Source of the DNA: Trypanosoma brucei | Lineage: Eukaryota | Assembly: GCA_000002445.1 (NCBI GenBank) | Contig: CP000066.1 | Location: 704,001 to 768,000, forward strand | Direction: 5' to 3' | DNA length: 64,000 nt | Shown here: positions 52,578 to 62,456 of the stretch, piece by piece | Numbering within the stretch: position 1 is the stretch's first letter | Layout: the number at the start of each line of letters is the position of its first letter | Translations under genes and position numbers: made by a program | The notes under the pieces: generated by a model | Seen by the model: only the letters and a program-made list of their open reading frames with translations | Database searches by the model: none | Told to the model about the DNA's origin: nothing

Positions 52578-53297
52578 TCAACCAGCGGCACCGCGGGAAC
52601 CCGCATGAACGTATGGGGAACTGTTACTGGGCACAATATTTAATGGATTTGTGGAGTAACCAACTTTAAGCCATTTGCCATGGAATTCGTAACCACTCAT
52701 TCGCTCCACAGCTTCCTTCGCATCTTCCGCATGGCAAAAATATACAAAACCATAACCCTTCGACATATTGGTTTGCTTGTCGTAAATAATTCGCGCCCCA
52801 TCAAGTTCTCCAAAGCGGGAGAAAAGTTCATGAAGGTCCGTACTTGTCACATCAGGGGCGAGATAATTTACAATTAATTGCTTGCGATAACGATCATCTT
52901 GCAGAGGCACACTTCCAACGGGCATGGCATGATGTCTCAACTGCTGCTGCTGCTGTTGTTGTTGTTGTTGTTGCGGATGAATATTATAATTGAAGGAAGA
53001 AGAGGAGGAACCATTTGCCGTTTGATTGGGGTAGCCGCTCATAATACTTTGATCCACAGGTGTTACACGCATTTGAACATATTGCGGACTGGCAGCTGTG
53101 GATTGTTGAGTGATGAAACCGCCCTGTTCCTGTTGAATGGGGCCCTGGTAATGATACGGATATAATCGAGCTTGAGGCTCCGTAGTAGCAAAGGGATGAT
53201 ACGGCTGTTGAATCTGCCGTTGCATCATGGCATATTGCTGCCCGTATGGAATTTGCGTCAGCTGTGGCGAGGTCTGCGGGCTGTTGGGGTAGAACAT
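52578..53297 (-). CDS. RBP6: single-RRM RNA-binding protein with a Gln/Pro/Tyr-rich N-terminal low-complexity region and poly-Q tract; probable RBP6 ortholog
   Basis: ATG at 53297. RNP2 is LIVNYL and RNP1 is KGYGFVYF in the C-terminal RRM. The N-terminal 130 aa are Q/P/Y-rich with a run of 12 Q. Its size (239 aa) and its position between eIF2-alpha and IAG-NH fit my recollection of T. brucei RBP6 (Tb927.3.2930); this is unverified. Confidence 0.75.
   Translation of the reverse strand: MFYPNSPQTSPQLTQIPYGQQYAMMQRQIQQPYHPFATTEPQARLYPYHYQGPIQQEQGGFITQQSTAASPQYVQMRVTPVDQSIMSGYPNQTANGSSSSSFNYNIHPQQQQQQQQQQQLRHHAMPVGSVPLQDDRYRKQLIVNYLAPDVTSTDLHELFSRFGELDGARIIYDKQTNMSKGYGFVYFCHAEDAKEAVERMSGYEFHGKWLKVGYSTNPLNIVPSNSSPYVHAGSRGAAG
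52941..52973 (-). repeat. (CAG)n(CAA)n coding repeat giving a Q12 tract in the RBP6-like protein
   Basis: Plus strand ctgctgctgctgctgttgttgttgttgttgttg within the CDS. Confidence 0.95.
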
Positions 53298-54483
53298 ACA
53301 GCAGAGGGAATCAAATGGAAAATGATAACAATAGTATTAATAATAATAAACAGTAACTAATAATGTTAATAATAGTGGCAATCGTAGAAGCGATAGGTAG
53401 CGGAGGTACCCACAGTAATGGCAGTAATAATAATAACAATATATATAAAAATATAATATGTATATTTGTATTACCCTACTGCTCTTGGTCTTTTCTTCTT
53501 CTTCTTCTTCCGTTCTCTTAATATTTCAAAAGGTGTGTAATAGGAGTATAGGCGTGTTATTAACTGTATTGTTTTTTATTGTCTTTCCTGTTGTTCCTTC
53601 CGTGACTGGAGCTGCATATCAATACCGACAAAAAAAAAAGGAAAAGAAGGAAAAGAAGGAAAGAAGGAAAAAAGGAATGGCATAACGGAAAAGACTGGTG
53701 AATGAAGTTGAGTTTCCGCATATAAGTGAGACAGTTGGCTCCTACACATTTGTGATTATGTAAATTCATTTATTTTAGCTTTAAATTGTGTATATATTCT
53801 GAAGAATATAAAAATAAACAAATGAAATTAAATACGTAAATAAAAATACACTCGCACGAAACATGCCGAAACTATGAAAGCTCTCAATCGCGGCGCGGAA
53901 GTTGAAGGAAGAACTGACACAACTTCGCCTCCCCACCCCCCCCCCACACCCCATATTATTATTATTATTATTATTTAAAAAATATAAACAAAAGAGGGGG
54001 GTTTTCGCTGAGGGGTTGCACTGTCAGGTTTATGTGATGATTTAAAAGGAAAGCGAAAGCGAAAGCGAAAAAAAAAAAGAAAATGCGCGAAGCAGGAGGG
54101 AAATAACGTACAAATGAACAATTTATCGGCCACGATGGAACTAAACGGAAATTTTTTAAAGAGTAGCCATCATGTTAATGCCAAAGATAAACAAAACATT
54201 TTGCAACATAATAAAACGTCAAAACGGCAGAACACATATCCAACATGGCATTTGTGAAAATACAGAACGTAGTAGTAAAATACATGCACATAATTACGCG
54301 GGTCGTGGAAGGTGACAATGAAAAAAGAAAAAACAATAATCTGTCACATGAAGCTACTATGGATAGGGTAAGTGAAATTATAATCGTACAGAACGAGCGG
54401 AGGCAACAAAAAAAAAATAATCAAAATTCAGAGCTCCATGAAGGGGAAAAAATTTTTCAAAAAAAATAATAATAATATAAACC

Positions 54484-55392
54484 TCATTTTTCAATGGCTG
54501 CGGAGAGGCACATGCGCTCCACAGATGTGAGAAAAACGTCCAACAGTTCCCTCACGTTACGGAGCTCCACAGCGACATTAAAATCCAGTGCCCGAAGCAT
54601 TTCCCGCTCAACACGCGCGGTCGTTTTGCAAAGATACCGTTGCATCTGCGTTGAAGCATAAGGAAGAAGGGTTACCAAATACTCAAATGTTACTGCGGCA
54701 TCGGCGTGCCACTTTAGCGCAAGACCATATGCCACAAAAAGATTCCTCCAAGTGTTACCAAGAAAAAAGCGAAAGGACGGGTAATTTGATATTACATTAT
54801 CATTACTATTACTATTGTTAGCAATAGCAGTAGCAGCAGAAGCCACGTCACCGGAGTGGTAAGCGGCCACAGAGTCTGAAATTCGTTCCCGTCCCCGATG
54901 TGTGTGAAGTGCGTACTGAAGATGAAGTTTATCAATAATACCAAAAGCAATCAACCACGCCGCACTGTCCAAGTTCTCAACAGCGTCATATAAATAAGTG
55001 AACATAACCTCTAGTGAAGCCCCTTTACCAAATGTACTCTGCCAAATCCCATCATCCGGTATTTGTGTTGAGGTTAATTTACGCTTCGCCACGCGACCAT
55101 CATTCGTATCCACGACGAATGGCAATGTGCCATCAGGAGCAGCTGCCGTTGAAGTTCCCTCAGATCCCAAAGGCCGCCGATAACTGTCAAGAAGTCTTCC
55201 CCAAAGTGTAAAGAGAGTTTTACCAATGAGAGCAATGTTACCACTCCAGCGGATAATGTTGGGGGACTTTATGGTAAAATCAGCTGCTGATTCTTCAAAT
55301 CCAGACGATCCCCGCCGCCGTCGCCGGACTGGACGGCAGTCCACTTGAGCTTCATAATCATCGTTGGAAAGTTTAAAAAGTGTACGAGGCAT
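54484..55392 (-). CDS. cyclin-domain protein (PHO80-like cyclin)
   Basis: The C-terminal half carries a cyclin-box-like fold with the characteristic ...EREMLRALDFNVAV... motif. ATG at 55392. The N-terminal 120 aa are low-complexity and basic. Confidence 0.65.
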   Translation of the reverse strand: MPRTLFKLSNDDYEAQVDCRPVRRRRRGSSGFEESAADFTIKSPNIIRWSGNIALIGKTLFTLWGRLLDSYRRPLGSEGTSTAAAPDGTLPFVVDTNDGRVAKRKLTSTQIPDDGIWQSTFGKGASLEVMFTYLYDAVENLDSAAWLIAFGIIDKLHLQYALHTHRGRERISDSVAAYHSGDVASAATAIANNSNSNDNVISNYPSFRFFLGNTWRNLFVAYGLALKWHADAAVTFEYLVTLLPYASTQMQRYLCKTTARVEREMLRALDFNVAVELRNVRELLDVFLTSVERMCLSAAIEK

Positions 55393-55675
55393 AGATGTAA
55401 TTTTCCTCTTCCTTCTTTCCCCTTTTTTTCTTTTTTGCTTCCCTCACGCACTTTTTCTTCCTTTCTTCTTTCGCCTTTATTATTGCCCCCTCCCCTGTAC
55501 TTTTCAAAATAGATCTCAGAAGATTACTCCAGAGTTCGAGCGGCTTTGTTTTTTTTTTAATTATTATTATTATTATTATCTGTTGTCCTGTCTGTTTCTT
55601 TTTTCTCTTTTCTATTTTCCTTTTAAGTTTGTGTGTGCGTCTGTCTGCCTGTCTAATATATTGTACTGCACGCAA

Positions 55676-55702
55676 GAGGAGGAGGAGGAGGAGGAGGAGG
55701 AG
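55676..55702. repeat. (GAG)9 trinucleotide repeat, which is (CTC)9 on the coding strand, upstream of the cyclin gene
   Basis: Direct reading. It probably forms part of the PPT for the cyclin gene, implying a 5'UTR of about 280 nt or more. Confidence 0.9.
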
Positions 55703-56472
55703 AAAAACATAAATGAGCATAGGAAAAAAGATATGTGGATTTTATCGACTTAATACCAATACGCGGAAAGGAATGCGCGCGGCAAAGCGTCAACGAAGCA
55801 ACATTAGCGGCAGTAAATTTTTTGTGAAGTGCATCAGGGGAAAAAGAGAAGGGAGAGGGAAATATGAAGTGGCGTAACGGCAATAAAACAGCCCTCAACT
55901 AAATCACAAGTAAATAAAAACGTATATATATATATATATATAGATATTGGGGGGGAGCAACGAAACAATATAAGAAAAAAGATGAAAAAAAAAAACACCG
56001 CCTGCTGCCACCATTCCCCCTCCCTCCTCCCGTCCACCTCTCTACATCGCGTTACTTCTACAGTTTTTTTTTTCCTCCAAACATCTTCGCCCTCCATCTG
56101 CCAAAGCGTCAAATTCTGTGGGGCCACCGCAACGCTGAAACGCGCCTTAACCCCACACGACAAGTACACATAAACACAGGCGGCAAAGTTGAAGGAAGGA
56201 AGAAAAAAAAGAAAGAGAGAGAAAGGGAAAGGTGGAAAGAAATAGGAAGAAAAAGCTAGAAATACATACACGCACATACGCGTACGAAAATGGTGGTACA
56301 AATGGCGGGCCACTAGTTATTGCTAACTAAATGTATATATATCATTTTTTTTTTTTTTTGGACTGCTCCCACGTAGACGTGTTTCTGCATTTTGTACATA
56401 TTTGGTGAAATATAGGGAAAGAGGTGAGAGTGCCGCCACACACACACACACACACACCACCTCCGAAACGTC

Positions 56473-58752
56473 TTATCGTCTTGAAGATCTCTGAGGAGAT
56501 CCCAGTGGAGATCTTGAGGGGGATTTCCCTGACGACCGCGACGTCGGGGTCCGCAAGACGGCATTCCTGGCAGAGATTCCCAATTTAACCTCCAACTCCT
56601 TTCGGGCCAGTTCCAGCGTGGCGAGTTTATCACCCTCATACTGGCAGGCTTTCATTTCCCGATTACGATCTTCTTCTGCAATGCTGAGTTCTGTCAAGAG
56701 TGGCCGCAGTCGTGCCGCCTCCGCCTCTTCCAGTTGCTTTAGTTGCCGCCGCACACGATCCATTTCACGGTTAGCTCGCTCCACACGATCCCTCTCCTGC
56801 TGCAATCGTGCCTCCATGTTGGACATGCGAGCGTTGATGGTTGCCATCCCATTCGATACACGTTCTTCTGTGCGATGCAAAACCTCCTCTGCAGCATACA
56901 TACGCCCCTGCACTGTGGCGAGTGTCTTCTCAATATCCACAATGTCACGGCGAGCCTTTTCAACCGTAACGCGGGCCTCTTCTTTGCGCCGCAGTAACTG
57001 TTCACTGCGGTCCTTGATGATGCGACGCTCCATTTCAATTTCATCTTCAGCCTGAGCCAGCTCTTTCTCCTTGAAGGAAAGACCCTCCACCTCCGCCTTC
57101 AGTTTCGGTACAACAAGACCTTTGTTTGTCTCTGCGTTCCGTGCAAGCGTTGCACGGATACCAAGAAGGCACTTGTATCGGAAATCGTTATATGTAATAT
57201 CCATATTCTCCAGCGAAGTGTTGCTCCGCAGTTGTTCATCTAATAAATCTCCCGTTACATTTGACATGCAGTTGCGTCGGAGCCTGAGCTCACGGAGCGT
57301 ACTGTTGCTTTTAAGAAACATAGCAATTGCTGATCCGCCCTCATCCATAATGTTATTGCATGACAGGTCCAGGCTAACTAGTCCCTTATTGGTTTTCAAA
57401 GCCTCTGCTATGCATATTGTCGCCGCATCTCTGAGTTTATTTCTCGACAGGTCAAGGTGCTGCAGTGTGGCATTCGTTGAGAGCCCTGTGACAAAGGGCT
57501 GGCCATCTGTTTCCCTAATTTCACACGACGCCATGTGCAGTGACTTCAGTCCCTTGTTCTCCGCGAGACCCTCCAAAATAAACTTTGAAGCAGAACCGAA
57601 GCAATTCAAAGAAATTCGAAGCTGCTTCAGAGCTGATGATACCGTCAATACCTTCTGTATGGCTTTGGCGGAATTTGTGCTCAAGTCGTTGCTCTCGATG
57701 TTGAGAAACTCGATTCGGTCCTCACCATTTTCAACAGCGGCGGCAATGGCGCGGAATATTACCATACCACCACTATCCGTCAGATTGTTCCTTTGAAGGG
57801 ATAAGTGGGTGATGCAGGAACTCTCTAATACATCAGCAATTATCTTCGCACCCTCATAGCCCAAGTTATTGACGGAAATATCCAAATGCGTTAGGCTCTC
57901 ATTCCCATCAAGACCAGAAGCAATATGGGAAATACCGGCATGGCCTAAACCGTTGCAACCGAGGTTGAGTTTCGCTAGTACCTTATTGGATTTAAGAACG
58001 TTACCTATTGCCTTCGCACCCTCGGTGGCGATGTGGTTTCCGTTAATACCTGAGTGTGCTCCCACGTCAAGTGAAATAATCGTGTTATTCTCAAGTAATG
58101 CATCGGCAAGCGCCTCACCGCCAATGTGACCAATATCATTTGAACGAAGTCCGACATGTACGAGAGTCCTATTGACGCTAATGAGCTTGGCAATAAAACA
58201 AGCACCCTCATCCAGCAGACGGTTCCCGCTTAGGTCAAGAATTGTATATTTGTTATTTGATGACAAAATGTGGGCAATGGCCTCCGCGCTCATTGGCCCG
58301 AGTCCACTCTCCCTCAGGCAAAAGAACTTTCCTTTGCAATTTGCACTAATAAGTTCCATAAACCGCATCTTGCGCTCCCACGACGGCGGCAAGGCCTGGT
58401 CCAAACACTTCGCCTGATAGAGGAGCTGAAGATCCTCGACGGAAAAGTCGACTTCGTCTTGACTACATGTCTGAAGGGTACCGCATCCGAGTAGCTCCTC
58501 AAAAGAAATGAAGTTGGCAGCGTACGGAAGCCCCTTGGGCAAAATTCGCGGAAGGCGGGTAGACGATGTGGTTTGATCCTGCAGAAACGTTCGGCGCCCT
58601 TTTGTTTTGTGGTTGTACAAATATGTCTGGGGTGGCGCAGCAAATACTACGGGCTCCGTTTCGGTCTCGCTCCTTAAAAGCCTGGAGTTTCTTCCGAAAT
58701 CAAATGTCTCCGTGAGGCTCTGCGAGCTCTCTTTCACAGCACCTACAACCAT
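56473..58752 (-). CDS. ribonuclease-inhibitor-type leucine-rich repeat protein with a C-terminal coiled coil (about 759 aa)
   Basis: At least twelve 28-29 aa RI-like LRRs (LxxLxLxxNxIgxxGaxxlaxaLxxNxx). The last 200 aa are strongly heptad / charged (EEARVTVEKARRDIVDIEKTLATVQGRM...RQLKQLEEAEAARL). The ORF track start 58857 is a GTG and the extension translates a (TA)13 repeat (IYIYIYIYI). The first ATG is 58752 (MVVGAVKESSQSL). Confidence 0.75.
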   Translation of the reverse strand: MVVGAVKESSQSLTETFDFGRNSRLLRSETETEPVVFAAPPQTYLYNHKTKGRRTFLQDQTTSSTRLPRILPKGLPYAANFISFEELLGCGTLQTCSQDEVDFSVEDLQLLYQAKCLDQALPPSWERKMRFMELISANCKGKFFCLRESGLGPMSAEAIAHILSSNNKYTILDLSGNRLLDEGACFIAKLISVNRTLVHVGLRSNDIGHIGGEALADALLENNTIISLDVGAHSGINGNHIATEGAKAIGNVLKSNKVLAKLNLGCNGLGHAGISHIASGLDGNESLTHLDISVNNLGYEGAKIIADVLESSCITHLSLQRNNLTDSGGMVIFRAIAAAVENGEDRIEFLNIESNDLSTNSAKAIQKVLTVSSALKQLRISLNCFGSASKFILEGLAENKGLKSLHMASCEIRETDGQPFVTGLSTNATLQHLDLSRNKLRDAATICIAEALKTNKGLVSLDLSCNNIMDEGGSAIAMFLKSNSTLRELRLRRNCMSNVTGDLLDEQLRSNTSLENMDITYNDFRYKCLLGIRATLARNAETNKGLVVPKLKAEVEGLSFKEKELAQAEDEIEMERRIIKDRSEQLLRRKEEARVTVEKARRDIVDIEKTLATVQGRMYAAEEVLHRTEERVSNGMATINARMSNMEARLQQERDRVERANREMDRVRRQLKQLEEAEAARLRPLLTELSIAEEDRNREMKACQYEGDKLATLELARKELEVKLGISARNAVLRTPTSRSSGKSPSRSPLGSPQRSSRR

Positions 58753-58785
58753 AGCTGCAGTAACCAATTTCAATGCTTCTACAAA

Positions 58786-58789
<4 letters not shown>

Positions 58790-58816
<27 letters not shown>
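58790..58816. repeat. (TA)13 microsatellite in the 5' flank of the LRR gene
   Basis: Direct reading. It is translated as IYIYIY in the GTG-extended ORF-track ORF. Confidence 0.95.
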
Positions 58817-59596
58817 CGTTTACGTGCCTGCGTATGCTTGCGACCACACGCACACACTCAATCACTAAACTCACCTGCGCCGCCTAACAATTCCTTGCAT
58901 AATAAATGAGTGATTTGAATCAGAAGCATTACAGCGAAGAAAAAAAAGAAAAAAACAATCAAAAATCAGCATTAATACTAAGAAAGGTCCTTCACAACTC
59001 ACGAATGGCCACACCAACAGAGGTGAAATAATAAAAGTGGAAAGGAAAAATAAAGAAAAAAAATGTCACAGCAGTAAGGGAAAAAAATGTTTTAACCTCA
59101 GCCACCTTACGGTAATCTGCTCAATACCATCAAAAGATAAGTATTTAAAATATAAAAAAAATGAGTGTATATATTAAAGAGAAGAATAAGAATACAGATC
59201 TGCACACAGTACCCTCTTCCTCTCACCCACCATAACCCTTCTCCCTATAACATTCTCTGTCGTTGTTGTTGTTGTTTTGTTTGTTTTTTTAATAATATCC
59301 ATATTCGTCTCTCTCCATACTTTTTTTTTTAAACGGAGGCCAGGAGTACCCAGCCCACCCATACACAACGCTTCGCTGGGCCATCATTAACATCAGATGC
59401 GCCAACTGCACTACTTCTCCCTACAGACTTCTCCTAACCTCTGCATTCTCATCGTTAATTTCTTTTAATTCGTCTTTCTTGTTTGTTGCGGGCTTTTCTT
59501 TTTTTTTTTAATGATTGCTCTGATGTTTGTTTGTTTACTTGTTTTTTTTCCCCTCTCTCTCCTTTTAACTTTCGAATTTGCGCATTGCGCGGGGTC

Positions 59597-60580
59597 TCAG
59601 CAAACGCGTGTGGAAGCGAACACTAAGTCGTGGAACATCTGCTTCGAGGGATTTCTGGCGACGTGGACGCACGGCTTGCCCTCACCGCTGGCACGTGGAG
59701 TTCGGCCTTCGCTCTTCCCTTTACTGACGTCCACATCCAAAGCAACCGGTTCGAGTGTGGCAATAGTGGGCTCCAAAATATACGCCGCTGTCAGCGCATC
59801 CCAGGCGTAATAGGCGTCACCATCACGCAATATTTCCTCATGAGTAGACATGGCCCACATGGTACCAACCATCTGCGAAAGGAGGTATTGATTTTGCGCA
59901 CCAAAACCCTTTACGTCGACGGAGCGGACGGGAACGGTGTTGGTGGCGTCAAGCGAGAAGAGAACACAGCGGATGTTGGGGCAGCACAATACCTTTTTGG
60001 CTGCCGGTGGGTCCCAGTAGATGTTCCACTCGGCACTGCCATCAGTGGTGGGGAGGAAAACATTCCCACCCACATCAACTGCACCACCCATGATGACGCA
60101 TTCCTCCACCTTCGATGTGAATGCCTCACCGTATTTCTCAATGCACCAAGCCATGTTGGAAAGTGGTCCCGTAACGCAGACGGTTACCTTCTCCTTTGAC
60201 TTCATCACGAGATCGGCGAGCAGCTGCTGGCCATTGTGCGCCTCATTCTCAGGCTTCAGCTTCTCCCACAGCGCAACGTCCTCGACAATATTGAGGAATG
60301 GCATATCATCCAAGTTTTTCGCGCTGAAGCGCCACTCGGTTGGGAACGCATTCACCGCAGTGGCGGTTGACTTTCCAATAGGAAAGAGGGGCGTTTTGAT
60401 GAGCCTGTGCATGGCACACATGATCTTTCCCGTCACATCAAATCCGTTTTCAACGAAGCAATCAGCATCAGTGCAGATACAACCAATTAGGTTCACCTTC
60501 TTAGGGTTGGAAAGCAACAGAATCATGGCCACGAAGTCATCCTTGTTACCATCATGGTCGAGGATCACTGTTTTCGCCAT
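59597..60580 (-). CDS. IAGNH: inosine-adenosine-guanosine-preferring nucleoside hydrolase (IAG-NH), 327 aa
   Basis: The N-terminal Ca-binding aspartate cluster is DHDGNKDDFVAM. The whole length matches my memory of the T. brucei IAG-NH sequence. The nucleoside-hydrolase fold motifs (VCVTGPLSN, MGGAVDVGGN, WDPPAA) are present. ATG at 60580. Confidence 0.92.
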   Translation of the reverse strand: MAKTVILDHDGNKDDFVAMILLLSNPKKVNLIGCICTDADCFVENGFDVTGKIMCAMHRLIKTPLFPIGKSTATAVNAFPTEWRFSAKNLDDMPFLNIVEDVALWEKLKPENEAHNGQQLLADLVMKSKEKVTVCVTGPLSNMAWCIEKYGEAFTSKVEECVIMGGAVDVGGNVFLPTTDGSAEWNIYWDPPAAKKVLCCPNIRCVLFSLDATNTVPVRSVDVKGFGAQNQYLLSQMVGTMWAMSTHEEILRDGDAYYAWDALTAAYILEPTIATLEPVALDVDVSKGKSEGRTPRASGEGKPCVHVARNPSKQMFHDLVFASTRVC

Positions 60581-60993
60581 TTTTGTTTTGTTTTGTTTTG
60601 TTGTTTTTGCTTTGTCAACTGGCTATGTGAACCTGATCGGTCTTTGCTAGAGACTACTTAGCGTGTCTCTCTCCCTTTCCCGTGTTTTGACTTGGAAAAC
60701 TGTTAGTAAATGGCTCTTTTCGCTTTATCTGTGGTGTGTGCAAAACTACCGAGCGTTCATGAGAACAATTATAAAAAGCAAGAGAAAAAGAAAACAAAAT
60801 AAAACATGTAACATGACATACAGGAAGTAGGAAAATAACGATAATGGTCTTGTTTATGAGAACAAGTAAGCCATAGAGAGAATGGAGTGGCGCGCAAAAG
60901 TAAAGACTGGATCGTTCAAAAGAATGACGCAACGGGAAATTATACACTAATGATGACGATCCGCTAGTGACAATACGCGTGAAAGTTAGGAAG

Positions 60994-61584
60994 TCAGTCT
61001 CGGCGCCTAGAAACAGATCGATAAGGAAGTAAATCTGTGTCGATATGGGGTGGCACGTACTCTGTCAACAAGCCATATGCGTGCTCCGGAGTAACCTCCT
61101 TCCGAAACTCTGTTGCGTGCTCCGACCACAAATGATAGCGGCCGACTTCATACCACATCAACGCAGCAAACATACACAACAGCCGCCTATTTGCCTTTGG
61201 GTTCCCCACTCGCACAAGCAATCGACCAACGCATCCTATTGCACCCAACCCAGCTGCGAAAAACCCGCTTTGATGACCCACCAATCCATTACCCACCTTA
61301 TGCGCTTTCACAGCATTGTAGTACAACCCACCCATGAAAAAAAGCCCCAGCCACCAGCGCTCCCGGTTTGCCGCCCGCATCGTCGCGCAACCGAGAAAAC
61401 AGCCGGCAAGGCAGGCACTGGAGAGTCGGAGTCCGCTGCGGGGCTGCACAGCGGCCGGTTGCTCCACAGCTACGGAAGAAATAAGTGTGCCATATGACCC
61501 GCCATGATGGTGGCCACGGGGAGCGACAGATCCCTCCTCAGCACCGGCATATAACAACCGGCGGAGGGCGTGCGAGTCGCTCAT
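60994..61584 (-). CDS. small hypothetical membrane protein (about 196 aa) with glycine-zipper helices; possibly Tim17/Tim22/OEP16-family-like
   Basis: The ORF track starts at a TTG (61632). The first ATG is 61584 (MSDSHALRRLLYAG...). The hydrophobic segments are rich in GxxxG / AxxxG (GCFLGCATM, GLFFMGGLYYNAV, GFFAAGLGAIGCVG). The family assignment is weak. Confidence 0.45.
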   Translation of the reverse strand: MSDSHALRRLLYAGAEEGSVAPRGHHHGGSYGTLISSVAVEQPAAVQPRSGLRLSSACLAGCFLGCATMRAANRERWWLGLFFMGGLYYNAVKAHKVGNGLVGHQSGFFAAGLGAIGCVGRLLVRVGNPKANRRLLCMFAALMWYEVGRYHLWSEHATEFRKEVTPEHAYGLLTEYVPPHIDTDLLPYRSVSRRRD

Positions 61585-62456
61585 GAAACTTGTAGGGGCA
61601 GCGAAAGAGTTTAAAGTGCCGCACAAGTTCAATTAAGTATATGAATATATATATATATATATATATATACTTCTATGTGCCTGGGTGTCTGTGTGAATTC
61701 ACCAAATACTCAATGAGACGCCTCACGTCAGCACTACAAAGGGATAGAGAGGAAAAAAAAACAAAAAAAAGGAGTGGGAACAGGGGCAAATCCACAACAG
61801 TTAAGTCAAACACATTACTGGAGCGGGAAGGGAAGCGGCTACTGACAAGAATGAGACATAAGAGGTCTACGGGGGAAAAAAAAAATACAGATAAGTTTAC
61901 AATGTAAGGCCCCTAACACCCTTGTCAGCCACTGTCTGGCTCTTACCCGTTTATGAATCCTGTGTTTAAAAAAGGAAAAAAGTATATTCGCAGACTACCA
62001 AAGACGATACCGATGGTTATACCTGTGTGTTCTGCGCTAACCGTACAAAAATAAAACCTCTTTTTTTTTTGTAATAAAGGGAAGTGTATCAGCTGGTTTC
62101 ATCATCACTTCCGACACCGTCCATATGGTGAATTGTAAACCCCTTCCTCAACAAAATGAAAAGTGAAATCGACAGCGGTTATTACTGGAAATAGTGAAAA
62201 GCTTTCCACCCACTGCATCACATGCACCCTTCTCATATTGATAACCCCGGGGTTCACACCTGAAACAAGAACACGGGGACCGTAAATACGAACCCAAAAT
62301 AAACCAACAAACACACTGCTCAACTTAATGCTTCTCACCTCGCTCCCTGGTTTCTTTCCCCGCGCACTCCTAGACTCCTAGACTCCTCACCCTCCCACTT
62401 CCCCTTCCCTCCTCCTGTCCTCCTCCTGTCCCCCCGCTTCCCGCTTTACAATCCTT

